Below are positions 7,833-17,512 of a DNA stretch of 44,430 nucleotides, piece by piece; within the stretch, counting starts at the first letter, position 1, and each line of letters starts with the position of its first letter. The notes under the pieces are model-generated. The model worked only from the letters and a program-made list of their open reading frames with translations, did no database searches and was not told the origin of the DNA. The translations under genes were made by a program, and so were the position numbers. Source of the stretch: a virus (taxonomy: Duplodnaviria; Caudoviricetes); the IMG/VR virus record IMGVR_UViG_3300008255_000030, positions 1 through 44,430 of that record, one strand, 5' to 3'.

Positions 7833-9015
7833 TCTTAAACTTGGTTTACTTCAAGACCTTGATTCAGAAATGCCTTACATAACAGATATTAGGAAGCGTT
7901 TTAATCACACCTATATAATCGGAAAGTCTGGTATGGGTAAATCAGTCTTAATGGAACGAATGGCTGATTATGATTTGAAGCATGGACTGTCTGTTATTTT
8001 CATTGACCCTAAAGGAGATAGCGTAAATAAACTGACTGGTAATGAAAACTATAAATATATTTCTTTTAAGCACCCCGTTAAGATTAACCCACTAAGACGA
8101 AAAGGTTATAAAGTTGACACGCTAATAAGAGAGTTTACTGATGTTATGGATATTATGATAACTGCTACTTCCATTAACCCAGAAGCAACAGTTAGAATGA
8201 AAGAGATTTTATCTAAGGCAATTAAAGGATTTAAGGAAGAAGACCGGAGTCTAAAATTCTTAAATGAGTTTTTAAGTTTTAAGGATATTCGTAAGTCTTA
8301 TAGTTTTAGTGATCCTCTAACAAGAAAATGGTTTTATGAAATAGAAGACACCAACAAAAGCGGATTTAAGAAAGCTAGTGATTATATAAATACAATGTCA
8401 TCTATTTCAAGCAGACTATCTCAATTCTTAGACAATGATGAAATGAGCCAATTCATAACAACAGAAGAAAATGAATTTGATATAGCTTCACTAATAGAAC
8501 AAGGTCAATCTTTACTTATAAATACGAATACAAGCGATAACGACAATCAGCGTTTTTTGTCAGCTCTTATTCTCTATTCTGTTTTTTCTTATATTAAAGA
8601 TGATTCTGTTAAACGACCACTTATGATTTATATTGACGAATTTCAATCTAGTGTTAATTCTAGTTTTCCTTCTTTACTTCAATATGCTAGAAGTTGCCAA
8701 GTTGGATTTACTTTATCACATCACGACTTTTTAGAAATCAATCCCAAAGTATTGAGTTCAATATTTGGTATTGTCAGTTCTTATATTGTTTTTAATTGCG
8801 GTGATACCGAAGCGGATAGATTAGCTTCTATTGTGAGGGCAAGCAAGGCTGATATAATAGATTTAGATGATTATACCGCCTATCTTAGGCTCGGAACTAA
8901 AAACAGCTTAATTAAGACCTTTCCACCCCTTAAGAGCAATGTAGAGCCACCACCCACTACCATATCAAAAGAACCTGTTAATAATTTCCTATCTAACGAC
9001 TGGATTATGTTATAA
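7819..9015 (+). CDS. TraD/VirD4/HerA-like P-loop ATPase (coupling-protein-like, no TM segment)
   Basis: HTYIIGKSGMGKS Walker A, FIDPKGD, IYIDEFQ Walker B, ARS..VG.TLSHH. Confidence 0.85.
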   Translation: MANYNLKLGLLQDLDSEMPYITDIRKRFNHTYIIGKSGMGKSVLMERMADYDLKHGLSVIFIDPKGDSVNKLTGNENYKYISFKHPVKINPLRRKGYKVDTLIREFTDVMDIMITATSINPEATVRMKEILSKAIKGFKEEDRSLKFLNEFLSFKDIRKSYSFSDPLTRKWFYEIEDTNKSGFKKASDYINTMSSISSRLSQFLDNDEMSQFITTEENEFDIASLIEQGQSLLINTNTSDNDNQRFLSALILYSVFSYIKDDSVKRPLMIYIDEFQSSVNSSFPSLLQYARSCQVGFTLSHHDFLEINPKVLSSIFGIVSSYIVFNCGDTEADRLASIVRASKADIIDLDDYTAYLRLGTKNSLIKTFPPLKSNVEPPPTTISKEPVNNFLSNDWIML

Positions 9016-9016
9016 T
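9008..9016 (+). promoter_or_regulatory. Extended -10 promoter
   Basis: TGTTATAAT overlapping the ATPase stop codon. Confidence 0.45.
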
Positions 9017-9029
9017 TAAATAGTTAGAA

Positions 9030-9212
9030 CATTTAGGGGAAGACCCTTTATGAACCGAACTTGCCACAAAGTGCCAATAATCTATTAAACATACCGCAAG
9101 GCTAATGAGTTGATAAGACTCTAGTTTAATTAGGAATGTCCAGCGGTTTGGTTATAATATAACACTAAGTTGAGGACAAGGCTTTTGGTATATTATTTTT
9201 TGGCAAAGCACT
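9030..9212 (+). ncRNA. Candidate structured ncRNA between a promoter and a terminator
   Basis: Helices AACCGAAC/GTTTGGTT, ATTAAAC/GTTTAAT, GAGT/ACTC, ATAATA/TATTAT, TTGCCA/TGGCAA; no long ORF. Confidence 0.5.
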
Positions 9213-9218
9213 ATTAAA

Positions 9219-9241
9219 GAGCCGGTTAACGCCGGCTTTTT
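9219..9241 (+). terminator. Intrinsic terminator
   Basis: AGCCGG-TTAACG-CCGGCT followed by a T-run. Confidence 0.8.
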
Positions 9242-9243
9242 AC

Positions 9244-9273
9244 TTGACTGTAAATTTATTGTTATGATATAAT
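9244..9273 (+). promoter_or_regulatory. Sigma70-type promoter
   Basis: TTGACT-18nt-TATAAT with a TG extension. Confidence 0.7.
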
Positions 9274-9302
9274 ATATCTGTACATTAAAAAAGGAGTCCA
9301 TA

Positions 9303-10031
9303 ATGGAATTTCTAAACTTTCAAGAGATAAGTCAAAAAGTTCAATTTCAGAATTTATTAGATTGGCTTAATATTCCCTACAACGCCATAAATGGCGAATT
9401 AAAAGGAGATGGATTTATAATCACAATCTCCAAGAATCTTTATTTTAACCCCAACGGTGAAGATAAAGGAAGCGTTATTAATTTTCTTTCTAAACACAAA
9501 GGTTTAGATTTGAGAAGCGCCGCCCAAGAACTTAAAAAACAGTTCTTAATAGAAGCTAAAGAACCTCTAAGAGAATTACCTAATCTTGAATTACACTACT
9601 GCCCTTTCTTAGAAGAAAAAGGATTTTCTAAGGAATTTTGTGAAGAATACGAGATAGGCTTAGTCAAACAGCATTCCATAATGGCCGGAAAGATAGTCTT
9701 TAAGACTTATAACGAACTAGGTCAGCATTCTGGTTATGTCGGTTATAATTTCACTAAAGATGAGTGGTTTTTCCCTAAAGGTTTTAAGAGAACATTATAT
9801 AATGCTCACCGAATTAAATCCGATGAGGTTTATTTAACTGTTTCTATTTGGGAAACCTTAAATCTAATTAAGCAAGGTATATCGTCAGTTGCCTTAATAG
9901 GAAAATCAATGACTGATATTCAAGCCGATCAATTATCGCAGTTCACCCGTGTAGTCCTTGTCCACCCCGAACCAGATAATATCATTGTAAGACTTTCGAA
10001 AAAATCTTTTGTTAAAGTAAGCCCCCAATAG
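9303..10031 (+). CDS. DnaG primase-like protein with degenerate Zn-binding and TOPRIM motifs
   Basis: KGSVINFLSKHKGLDLRSAAQEL (CHC2-like tail), FLEEKGFS...YEIG, VYLT.SIWE.L.L...G...VALIG..MT..Q; SD AAGGAG. Confidence 0.7.
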   Translation: MEFLNFQEISQKVQFQNLLDWLNIPYNAINGELKGDGFIITISKNLYFNPNGEDKGSVINFLSKHKGLDLRSAAQELKKQFLIEAKEPLRELPNLELHYCPFLEEKGFSKEFCEEYEIGLVKQHSIMAGKIVFKTYNELGQHSGYVGYNFTKDEWFFPKGFKRTLYNAHRIKSDEVYLTVSIWETLNLIKQGISSVALIGKSMTDIQADQLSQFTRVVLVHPEPDNIIVRLSKKSFVKVSPQ

Positions 10032-10044
10032 AGGGGCTTTTTTT
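10019..10044 (+). terminator. Intrinsic terminator
   Basis: AAGCCCC-CAATAGA-GGGGCTT followed by a T-run. Confidence 0.8.
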
Positions 10045-10045
10045 C

Positions 10046-10073
10046 TTGACATAATTTTTATATGTGATATAAT
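10046..10073 (+). promoter_or_regulatory. Sigma70-type promoter upstream of the late region
   Basis: TTGACA-16nt-TATAAT with a TG extension. Confidence 0.75.
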
Positions 10074-10121
10074 AATAATATATGTTGTGGTGTAAATTGA
10101 ATTGCCACACTATATGTTGTT

Positions 10122-10328
10122 ATGACAGATTTATATTTACAGTTTATAGACGAGATGAGCCATGAAGAAAGAAGCATATTTTTATATCGCTACATTTTAA
10201 AACTCTCAAACCACGAAACCGCTAAGAGATTAAAAATGCCTATCAGAGAAGTGATTTTATTAGCAGACTTATTAAAGCCAGAACTGGTTAATTGTAAGAA
10301 AACAGTCTTTGAAGCATTTGGCGTTTAG
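10122..10328 (+). CDS. Sigma-70 region-4-like HTH protein (candidate late regulator)
   Basis: MSHEERSIFLYRYILKLSNHETAKRLKMP pattern; lies just upstream of terS. Confidence 0.65.
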   Translation: MTDLYLQFIDEMSHEERSIFLYRYILKLSNHETAKRLKMPIREVILLADLLKPELVNCKKTVFEAFGV

Positions 10329-10445
10329 TCAATATGTTATAATTAATAATAGAAACGGATAAGACAACACCATTATGGCGACACTTATCATAAAGTAATA
10401 ATTAGCACAAGTGAGGGATAATACCCTCTATTTGTGCTTTCTAAT

Positions 10446-10625
10446 ATGAAAACTAGTGATAAACTATTCGTTATAAGAAAATATATTTTTGCTAAAAGTG
10501 CTATACAGGCTATTAGAAAAGATAAGACTACTCCTGTTGATGATTGTTGGATAGATGAAGAATTTAAAAAAACAAATCCAGGAGCTTCGGCTATTGGATT
10601 TATAGATTATAGACAAGAAGAATAA
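10446..10625 (+). CDS. Hypothetical phage protein
   Basis: Track ORF 10434..10625 with ATG at 10446; IGF C-terminal motif. Confidence 0.65.
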   Translation: MKTSDKLFVIRKYIFAKSAIQAIRKDKTTPVDDCWIDEEFKKTNPGASAIGFIDYRQEE

Positions 10626-10626
10626 T

Positions 10627-11091
10627 ATGATAAAAGTTGGAAGACCAACTAAATATTTAGAAGAATACATTAATAAGGTTGATGAGTATTTAGATATTCA
10701 TAAAGATATTGAACTTGAAAAAATTGGATTAAGGAATGAAGATAAGGGATATGAAAAAATTGAGTATATATTAAAAGTAGATTTACCAACCGTAGAGGGA
10801 TTTGCTCTATTCTTAGGAGTAAATAAAACAACTCTTTATGAATGGGAAACAAAACACCCTGAATTTTCCAACGCTTTAGACAAAATTAGAACGGAACAAC
10901 AGACAAGATTAATAAATGAGGGCTTATCTGGTAATTACAATCCAACTATAGCTAAACTTATCTTAAGTTCTAACCACGGAATGAGAGAAAAAACGGAAAC
11001 AGACATTACTACTAAGGGAGAAAAAGTCAGTGGCTTTAATTATATAATTCCAAATGACAACGATAACTCCAACAATAAAACCACTTCCTAA
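10627..11091 (+). CDS. terS: Terminase small subunit (P22 gp3-like)
   Basis: GRPTKY, PTVEGFALFLGV.KTTLYEW...HPEFS, GLSG.YN.TIAKLIL...HG; overlaps terL. Confidence 0.9.
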   Translation: MIKVGRPTKYLEEYINKVDEYLDIHKDIELEKIGLRNEDKGYEKIEYILKVDLPTVEGFALFLGVNKTTLYEWETKHPEFSNALDKIRTEQQTRLINEGLSGNYNPTIAKLILSSNHGMREKTETDITTKGEKVSGFNYIIPNDNDNSNNKTTS

Positions 11092-12487
11092 GCAACACCT
11101 AGCTTGGCAAAAACTTTTAGATACAATAACTAAATATATCCTTTTTGGTGGTGGTGCTGGAGGAGGTAAATCTTGGTTAGGTTGTGAATGGTTGTTGGTA
11201 ATGTGTTATCAACACCCAAAGACCAAATGGTTTATTGGTCGTAAAGAATTGAAACGCTTAATGGCTAGTAGTTACGAAACATTTAAAAAGGTTTGTTCAT
11301 TTCATAATATACCTGATACTGACTGGAAATTAAATGGTCAATATAATTATATAGAGTTTATTAACGGATCTAAGATAGATTTACTTGATGTTAACTTTGA
11401 GCCGAAAGACCCGATGTTTGAGAGGTTTGGTTCATTAGAATATACTGGTGGTTGGCTTGAAGAAGCCGGAGAAATAGATTTTAAAGCTTTTGATGTTTTA
11501 AAAACTAGAGTTGGTAGACATTTAAATAAAGAATACGGAATACACCCTAAACTTTTAATAACCGCTAATCCTAAAAAGAACTGGTTGAAACGATTGTTTT
11601 ATTTACCATTTTTAGCTGGAACACTTAAGGCAACTTATGCGTTTATACGTTCTCTTTATTCTGATAATCTTTACACCTCTGATATTTATGGAGAACAATT
11701 AAATGAAATATCTGATAAAGCAACAAGAGATAGATTAAGAGATGGAAATTGGGATTATGATGATGATAAAGCCTGTTTAGTTAATTCTAGCGCAGCTAAA
11801 GATATTTATACCAATACAGTTGATGACGGAGAAAAATATGCCACCCTTGATATTGCCAGATTTGGCAAAGACACAACTAAACTTTATTTGTGGAAAGGAT
11901 TTAAAAATTATAAACGTATTACTTGGCATTATCAAGATACTGAAATTACAGCAACAAAAGTTAAAGACATATTAGCGGAAGAACGAATACCATATAGCCA
12001 CGTTATAGCTGATGAAGTTGGTGTTGGTGGTGGTGTGATTGATAAACTAAGGGGTATAAATGGTTTTATTTCTAACTCAAGACCCCTTGAAAATCCTAAT
12101 GCTATTCCTGTTAATGTAATTAGAAACGGTAAAGAAGTTGATATTGTTCCTAGAGAAAATTTTTCTAGTCTTAAAGACCAATGTGGTTATCTGTTAGCTG
12201 AAAAGATAAATTCTCACGAAATGAAATTGGATGTAGATGATGAAATTGAGAAAGACAGAATTTTAGAAGAAATTGGAGAACTTAAAGACTTAGCACCAGA
12301 TGAGGACGGAAAAAAACGATTAGTTCCTAAAGACATCATCAAGGAAAACATCGGGAGAAGCCCAGATGATTTAGATAATCTAATAATGAGAATGTGGTTT
12401 GTCTTAGAGAAAAAAGATGACAATAAAAAATTTAATGAGATAATGAAACACAATGAGGAGGACTATACACCGACTCCTTATAAATAA
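11054..12487 (+). CDS. terL: Terminase large subunit
   Basis: GGGAGGGKS Walker A, LEEAGE Walker B, ITANP, nuclease motifs LDIARFGKD and RSPDDLD. Confidence 0.95.
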   Translation: MTTITPTIKPLPKQHLAWQKLLDTITKYILFGGGAGGGKSWLGCEWLLVMCYQHPKTKWFIGRKELKRLMASSYETFKKVCSFHNIPDTDWKLNGQYNYIEFINGSKIDLLDVNFEPKDPMFERFGSLEYTGGWLEEAGEIDFKAFDVLKTRVGRHLNKEYGIHPKLLITANPKKNWLKRLFYLPFLAGTLKATYAFIRSLYSDNLYTSDIYGEQLNEISDKATRDRLRDGNWDYDDDKACLVNSSAAKDIYTNTVDDGEKYATLDIARFGKDTTKLYLWKGFKNYKRITWHYQDTEITATKVKDILAEERIPYSHVIADEVGVGGGVIDKLRGINGFISNSRPLENPNAIPVNVIRNGKEVDIVPRENFSSLKDQCGYLLAEKINSHEMKLDVDDEIEKDRILEEIGELKDLAPDEDGKKRLVPKDIIKENIGRSPDDLDNLIMRMWFVLEKKDDNKKFNEIMKHNEEDYTPTPYK

Positions 12488-12488
12488 T

Positions 12489-14351
12489 ATGAATATTACA
12501 ACTCAACCGAACTCACAAAAAATGGTAGATTTAATCTTGAATGAGGTTAATGTCTTTAAGACAAAAACTATTGACCTATCTGATAGAAAGAATTTTAATC
12601 AATACGAAACAATCCAAGATAATATAACTCATCAGAATAAAGGATTCTTAACAGAACTAGCCCCAGGCCAAATAGACGATAGAGAAGCTTATGACATTAT
12701 TTCTCCAATGATAGAAACAGGAGTCGCTAATACTGATTTAGACTCTAATCACATTGATACCTACACAGACGACCCAGAATATCAAGCCCAAGAGTTATTA
12801 TCTAATGTTCTTATTAAGAGATACAACAGACAAACCAATCAAGGTGTTGTTCTCAATGAAATGGTCTATCAGTTATTTGACGATGGGAATATTGTTGCTA
12901 GACGAGTTGACGGAGAAGGAGAAATATATAGACCTGTATTACCACAGAACTTAATTATTGTTGACCCTTCTGCTAGAACTTTAGAAGATACGGCAGTTAT
13001 TGAACGTAACACAATGAACCAGTCCGAGGTTAGAGGTGTTAAGGGTTGGGAGAATACTGATTTACTTTTTAACTATTGTGATCTAAGCGAAACAGATTTA
13101 ATTCCTTTTTACGAGATATATTATTTCTATGGTGATTTATCCAAGAAACGATTAGGAAGTATTAAAAAGGAAGTTCATGGAACTAAATACAAATACACTA
13201 AAGGAGATAATAATGATTATGTTCAAGCAGTAGTAGTAATAGCGAGAGCTAAAGACGGGGTTAGAAACGAAGAAGGAAAAGAAATCCCCGGATTTGTTCT
13301 TTTCGCAGAAGAATTAAAACCACAGATTATTAAGGTTACTAAGAGAATTAAAATTAAACGCTATAAGCCTTATGAGTCTGTTAGACTTGGTAAATTTAAT
13401 GGTAGGTTTTGGGGAGAAGGTTATAGAGAAATAGGTAGACCATATCAGAATAGAGCTAATGAGTTAGGTAATCAGATTAGAGATATAATGAAACTAGCTT
13501 CCAAAATGGTATTTTGGTCTAATGACCCTGCTATTGCTGGAAAGAATATTTTGTCAGCTATTAAGAATGGACAGATTTTACAAGCCAAAGATTTGAACTT
13601 ACTTAACAACGTATTCCCTAACCTTTCCTTATTTGCCGAAGAATGGAATAGAAATATAAATGAATGCCAAAAAGCCTTAAAAGCTTTTGAAGCCGCTTCT
13701 GGTGAGTCATTACCTTCTAGTGCTTCCGCAACAGCTGTTATTGCCCAGACACAAGCTATAGGAAAATACTTTGACTTAAAGAGAGAACGATTTGGTTTAT
13801 TCCTTGCCATTATTTATAAGCGTTGGGTATTGCCTGATTTATTAAAAGGATTAGACGATGAAGAAGTTGTTGAATTAGTCGGAGATATTTCTTTTATAGA
13901 CGATATTATTACAGCCTACGTTAGAGGTTCAATTATAAAAAATGAAATGTTACAGGTGGCTCTATCAGGTGGAACAATGTATCAAGAAATATTTGATTTA
14001 TTATCTGAAAGTAAAAAGCAAGAATTATTAAAACAACCTAAGTTATTTGCTACTATTCTTAAAGACTTCTTTAAAGGGATTGAGTTATATGTTGGTATAA
14101 ACGTAACCGGAGAAGGATTTAATAAACAAAACAAACTTACTAATATTCTTAAGATGATTGAGTTTGAACCAGACCCACAGAATAGACAAGACGATTTGAA
14201 TGAAGCTCGTCAAATGTTAGGTCTTAAGGTTAGAAAAGGAAACCCAGCACCGCAAAATACACAACAAGTACAATCTCCTAGTTCTAAAGATTTACCTATG
14301 ATAGAAAAATCTGCTGATAATTCGCAAGTTGCTAATGCCAATATGCTATAA
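12489..14351 (+). CDS. Portal protein
   Basis: About 620 aa, directly after terL; RFWGEG and SATA motifs typical of podovirus-type portals. Confidence 0.8.
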   Translation: MNITTQPNSQKMVDLILNEVNVFKTKTIDLSDRKNFNQYETIQDNITHQNKGFLTELAPGQIDDREAYDIISPMIETGVANTDLDSNHIDTYTDDPEYQAQELLSNVLIKRYNRQTNQGVVLNEMVYQLFDDGNIVARRVDGEGEIYRPVLPQNLIIVDPSARTLEDTAVIERNTMNQSEVRGVKGWENTDLLFNYCDLSETDLIPFYEIYYFYGDLSKKRLGSIKKEVHGTKYKYTKGDNNDYVQAVVVIARAKDGVRNEEGKEIPGFVLFAEELKPQIIKVTKRIKIKRYKPYESVRLGKFNGRFWGEGYREIGRPYQNRANELGNQIRDIMKLASKMVFWSNDPAIAGKNILSAIKNGQILQAKDLNLLNNVFPNLSLFAEEWNRNINECQKALKAFEAASGESLPSSASATAVIAQTQAIGKYFDLKRERFGLFLAIIYKRWVLPDLLKGLDDEEVVELVGDISFIDDIITAYVRGSIIKNEMLQVALSGGTMYQEIFDLLSESKKQELLKQPKLFATILKDFFKGIELYVGINVTGEGFNKQNKLTNILKMIEFEPDPQNRQDDLNEARQMLGLKVRKGNPAPQNTQQVQSPSSKDLPMIEKSADNSQVANANML

Positions 14352-14358
14352 TATAAAT

Positions 14359-14580
14359 ATGAAATACGACCTTAACAATTTAGAATATTTAGATGAATTA
14401 AAAGAAGCTGGTAATTCAAAAGCTGGAAAAATCATTGTTGATTTTATTAAAGCAGAGCTAGATAAAGTTAATCTTGATAGCATTAATGAAGAAAAGACCG
14501 CAGAAGAAATCGGAATTGATTATAAATCAATTAAAGCAACAAAAGAGTATCTAAAAAAGTGTTTAAGTTATTTAATATAA
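14359..14580 (+). CDS. Small protein between portal and scaffold
   Basis: Conserved positional pattern in head modules; ATG at 14359. Confidence 0.65.
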   Translation: MKYDLNNLEYLDELKEAGNSKAGKIIVDFIKAELDKVNLDSINEEKTAEEIGIDYKSIKATKEYLKKCLSYLI

Positions 14581-14620
14581 CAGGAGGTAAGACAAATGTG
14601 TTACTAACTGTTCCGCAACT

Positions 14621-15208
14621 ATGTCAAATGACATTAAAGAGCCTAAGTTAAAAAACGAGGGCGAAATCAGAGAGGAAATTATCAAAGAGTATGAACTAGA
14701 CGGAGATGAAGAAGGTAATCAAAAGTTTATCTCTAAGTTAACTTCCGAGCGATTAGAAACCCAGAAGAAGATTAGCACCGCTATTGGGCAGAAGATAAAA
14801 ATCAGAGCAGGTAAAGATTTTTATAAGAAAGTCTTAGAAGATGCGAAGCTTGACCCAAAAACGGGTAAACCTCTGGAAGCAGATAAGCAAGTTCAAGTTA
14901 AAGAGGAAAATTTTGTCACTAAAGAGGAGTTTGAGAAAGATAAACTTCGCAGACAATTTAATGACCTCGATGATGAAGAATTTGAGTTTGTCAACTCTTA
15001 TGCTAAGGGTAAAGGCGTACAGTTTAAGGAAGCGTTAGAAGATAAGTTTGTTAAAAACTACTTCGAAACATATGACGCCAATAACCGAATAGCCGGAGCG
15101 ACACCGCCCCCCTCTACTAGATTTAAGTCTAGTGATAATGAGGAGGATAAAGCATCTAAAGAATTTGATAGGGATTTACCTGTCGGGTTCTCTTCTAAGA
15201 AAAACTAA
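14621..15208 (+). CDS. Capsid scaffolding protein
   Basis: Charged coiled coil upstream of the capsid genes. Confidence 0.7.
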   Translation: MSNDIKEPKLKNEGEIREEIIKEYELDGDEEGNQKFISKLTSERLETQKKISTAIGQKIKIRAGKDFYKKVLEDAKLDPKTGKPLEADKQVQVKEENFVTKEEFEKDKLRRQFNDLDDEEFEFVNSYAKGKGVQFKEALEDKFVKNYFETYDANNRIAGATPPPSTRFKSSDNEEDKASKEFDRDLPVGFSSKKN

Positions 15209-15219
15209 CTAATAATTTT

Positions 15220-15627
15220 ATGGATTTTAGACTAAAAGACGGAGAACAAGTACGCACTGTTAAGTGCTTAATTGCTTCCGCAACTGTCCTTGAAGCCGGA
15301 GATTTGGTTGAACTAAGTTCTGGCTTAATTGTAAAAGCTGGTGCTACTGCTGCCGCTTTAGCATGGTGTCCGAACGGTAGTGCTGACGGAGAAACAGAAG
15401 TTGATATTTCTGTAGGTAATGACTTCACATTACTTGGTACTGGCGATGGTGTATTTGCTGTTGCTTACAAAGGCACAGAGGTTGACCTTGCTGGTACAAC
15501 TAACCTAGTAATTGATGTCACTGGTGGTACTACTTATAAGGTTTTGAAGTTTGGTATTGGTAAAGATACTGGTGTTGTCGATTCTACTGACAATATTGAG
15601 GTTCGTATCAATAAGCCGCTGTTCTAA
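15220..15627 (+). CDS. Capsid cement/decoration protein
   Basis: G/A/V/T-rich beta protein (LEAGDLVEL) directly before the major capsid gene. Confidence 0.65.
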   Translation: MDFRLKDGEQVRTVKCLIASATVLEAGDLVELSSGLIVKAGATAAALAWCPNGSADGETEVDISVGNDFTLLGTGDGVFAVAYKGTEVDLAGTTNLVIDVTGGTTYKVLKFGIGKDTGVVDSTDNIEVRINKPLF

Positions 15628-15653
15628 ATAATTAATTTAACTTTTTTACTCGT

Positions 15654-16583
15654 ATGACTTACGAATACGCATTACAAAAGGTCAAAGGGATTAAGAAATC
15701 ATTTGATAATGCTATGGCTAACGCCATTGATCAATATCGTGATAACCGAATTGTTGACCTTTACCCTACAACAGAAGTTTTTGAAATATTTACTTCCACC
15801 GAGGGTATGACTGGTGCTAAGGAATTATCTAATTCCGAGACTCCCCCAGTTCTTACCTTACAAGACGGATATTCTGTCCAAATTGAAGAAAAGCGTTTTG
15901 GTGGTGCTATTGAATTAGACGAAGAAGAATATCGCAGAGAAGCTAATGACAGTTCTACTAAAGTTCAGACTTCTCTTATCCGCAAACGTAATAAGTTGTT
16001 GATTGCTAATAAGAATTTGTTCTTGACTGAAATGTTCAAGTTCTTAAACTATGCTTTTGCGACTACCTACTTTGCCGCTCCTGATGCCGCCGCTTTAGGT
16101 GCTACTCACACTTGGAAGTCTGGTGAGACTTTTGCTAACAACGGTACTGCTAAATTAACTAGCTCTGCTATTGATACTTTAGAGGAATACGGTGGTGCTA
16201 TGACTGATGGAGCTGGTGTTCCAATGCCTTTAGATTTTGACACTATTGTTGTTAAGAAAGGTTCTGCTAACGAACGAGAAGCTATCAAGCTTTTTTCTTA
16301 TGGTATTAAACCAGTTGCTGTTGCTGATATAAATATTTACGAAGGTTCTAAAACTATCGTATCTACTCCTTATATCACCACCGCTAACAAGAATTATTGG
16401 TTTGCTATCGCTTCTAAAGACCCTAATGGTAATCCGTTAAAAATTGGTATCGGTGAATATCCGACACTTAGAGAACCGATCAAGCAAAACAATGAAGCTA
16501 TCCGAACTAATTGCACTGGCTTTTGGAAGCAAGGGATAGTGAATATGCCTTACAGCATCTACGCAAGCACGGGCGCAGCTTAG
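15654..16583 (+). CDS. Major capsid protein (HK97 fold inferred)
   Basis: 309 aa; position; strongly biased codons; FAAPD..AL...H motif; followed by a hairpin. Confidence 0.8.
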   Translation: MTYEYALQKVKGIKKSFDNAMANAIDQYRDNRIVDLYPTTEVFEIFTSTEGMTGAKELSNSETPPVLTLQDGYSVQIEEKRFGGAIELDEEEYRREANDSSTKVQTSLIRKRNKLLIANKNLFLTEMFKFLNYAFATTYFAAPDAAALGATHTWKSGETFANNGTAKLTSSAIDTLEEYGGAMTDGAGVPMPLDFDTIVVKKGSANEREAIKLFSYGIKPVAVADINIYEGSKTIVSTPYITTANKNYWFAIASKDPNGNPLKIGIGEYPTLREPIKQNNEAIRTNCTGFWKQGIVNMPYSIYASTGAA

Positions 16584-16638
16584 GTTTAACATTTTATAAC
16601 TTTCTGTTATAATATAAGTGGGTACGACGGTCGCAAGT

Positions 16639-16666
16639 GGGGGTGGTAGTTGGTTTACTGCCCCCT
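16639..16666 (+). terminator. GC-rich hairpin after the major capsid gene
   Basis: GGGGGTGGTAG-TTGGT-TTACTGCCCCT; no clear T-tail. Confidence 0.5.
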
Positions 16667-16768
16667 AGCCCAATCTTAATAATTAACATCAATCTCTAAT
16701 AAGTTCTCTAACTAACATAAGGCTTTGACCTTATTACTCGCAGACAAGCGAGTTAAAAAATAACACAT

Positions 16769-17125
16769 ATGCATTCAAATAAATTTGTTTCAGTTGGTAA
16801 TGGTTTCTCTGTTTTAAATAGCGGAGTTGAAACCGCAGTTATCAATCAAGATGGAACATTAAACGGAGGAACTGTTATAGATGACGCTTCCATTTCATTA
16901 GCTAAATTAACCACTGGTATTACCCCTAGCCACGTTGTTAAATTTGTTGCTCTTGGTAGCACAATTACAACTACTGCTTTAGCTGGTTTAGCTGTTGGTG
17001 ATTTAGTTATTCAAATTATAGCAGCGGATGGCACAGTAACAGCTAAGCTTTGTGCAACTGTTAACACTTTACCAACCGACCCAGCTGATTTGGACTACAT
17101 AATCGTATTAAGAGCTGCTGCTTAG
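16769..17125 (+). CDS. Virion structural protein (head-fibre-like)
   Basis: T/A/V-rich; IDDASISLAKL motif; codon usage similar to the capsid gene. Confidence 0.6.
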   Translation: MHSNKFVSVGNGFSVLNSGVETAVINQDGTLNGGTVIDDASISLAKLTTGITPSHVVKFVALGSTITTTALAGLAVGDLVIQIIAADGTVTAKLCATVNTLPTDPADLDYIIVLRAAA

Positions 17126-17131
17126 TAGATA

Positions 17132-17160
17132 TTTAGGGTTCTCTTTTAGAGAGCCTTATA
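17132..17160 (+). terminator. Hairpin, putative terminator
   Basis: AGGGTTCTC-TTTTA-GAGAGCCTT. Confidence 0.45.
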
Positions 17161-17184
17161 ATATTTATTAATTAACATAAAATT

Positions 17185-17511
17185 ATGATTAATTTTTACA
17201 CGACTATAACTGATGAAGCAGGAGATGTAGTTAAACAGAATTGGAATACAAAAAAAACTGTAAGGGGAAAAAAGGTTGACGGAACAATTAACCGAGAAAC
17301 AACCTTAGAGGATGTTGCTAGAACAGCCTTGCTCGGTTCTTATGATGATGAACTAGATGATGATATTTTACCACGCTATCAGTTATTCCGAAAAATACAA
17401 GGCAAAGGTGATGTAAATTTAACTTATAGAGAAAAGAAATTATTAAAACGCTTTATCTGTAAAAAACATAATGTGTTATTTTCAGGACAAGCATTAGAAT
17501 TAATCAATTAA
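17185..17511 (+). CDS. Hypothetical protein
   Basis: ORF in the late region. Confidence 0.7.
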   Translation: MINFYTTITDEAGDVVKQNWNTKKTVRGKKVDGTINRETTLEDVARTALLGSYDDELDDDILPRYQLFRKIQGKGDVNLTYREKKLLKRFICKKHNVLFSGQALELIN

Positions 17512-17512
17512 T

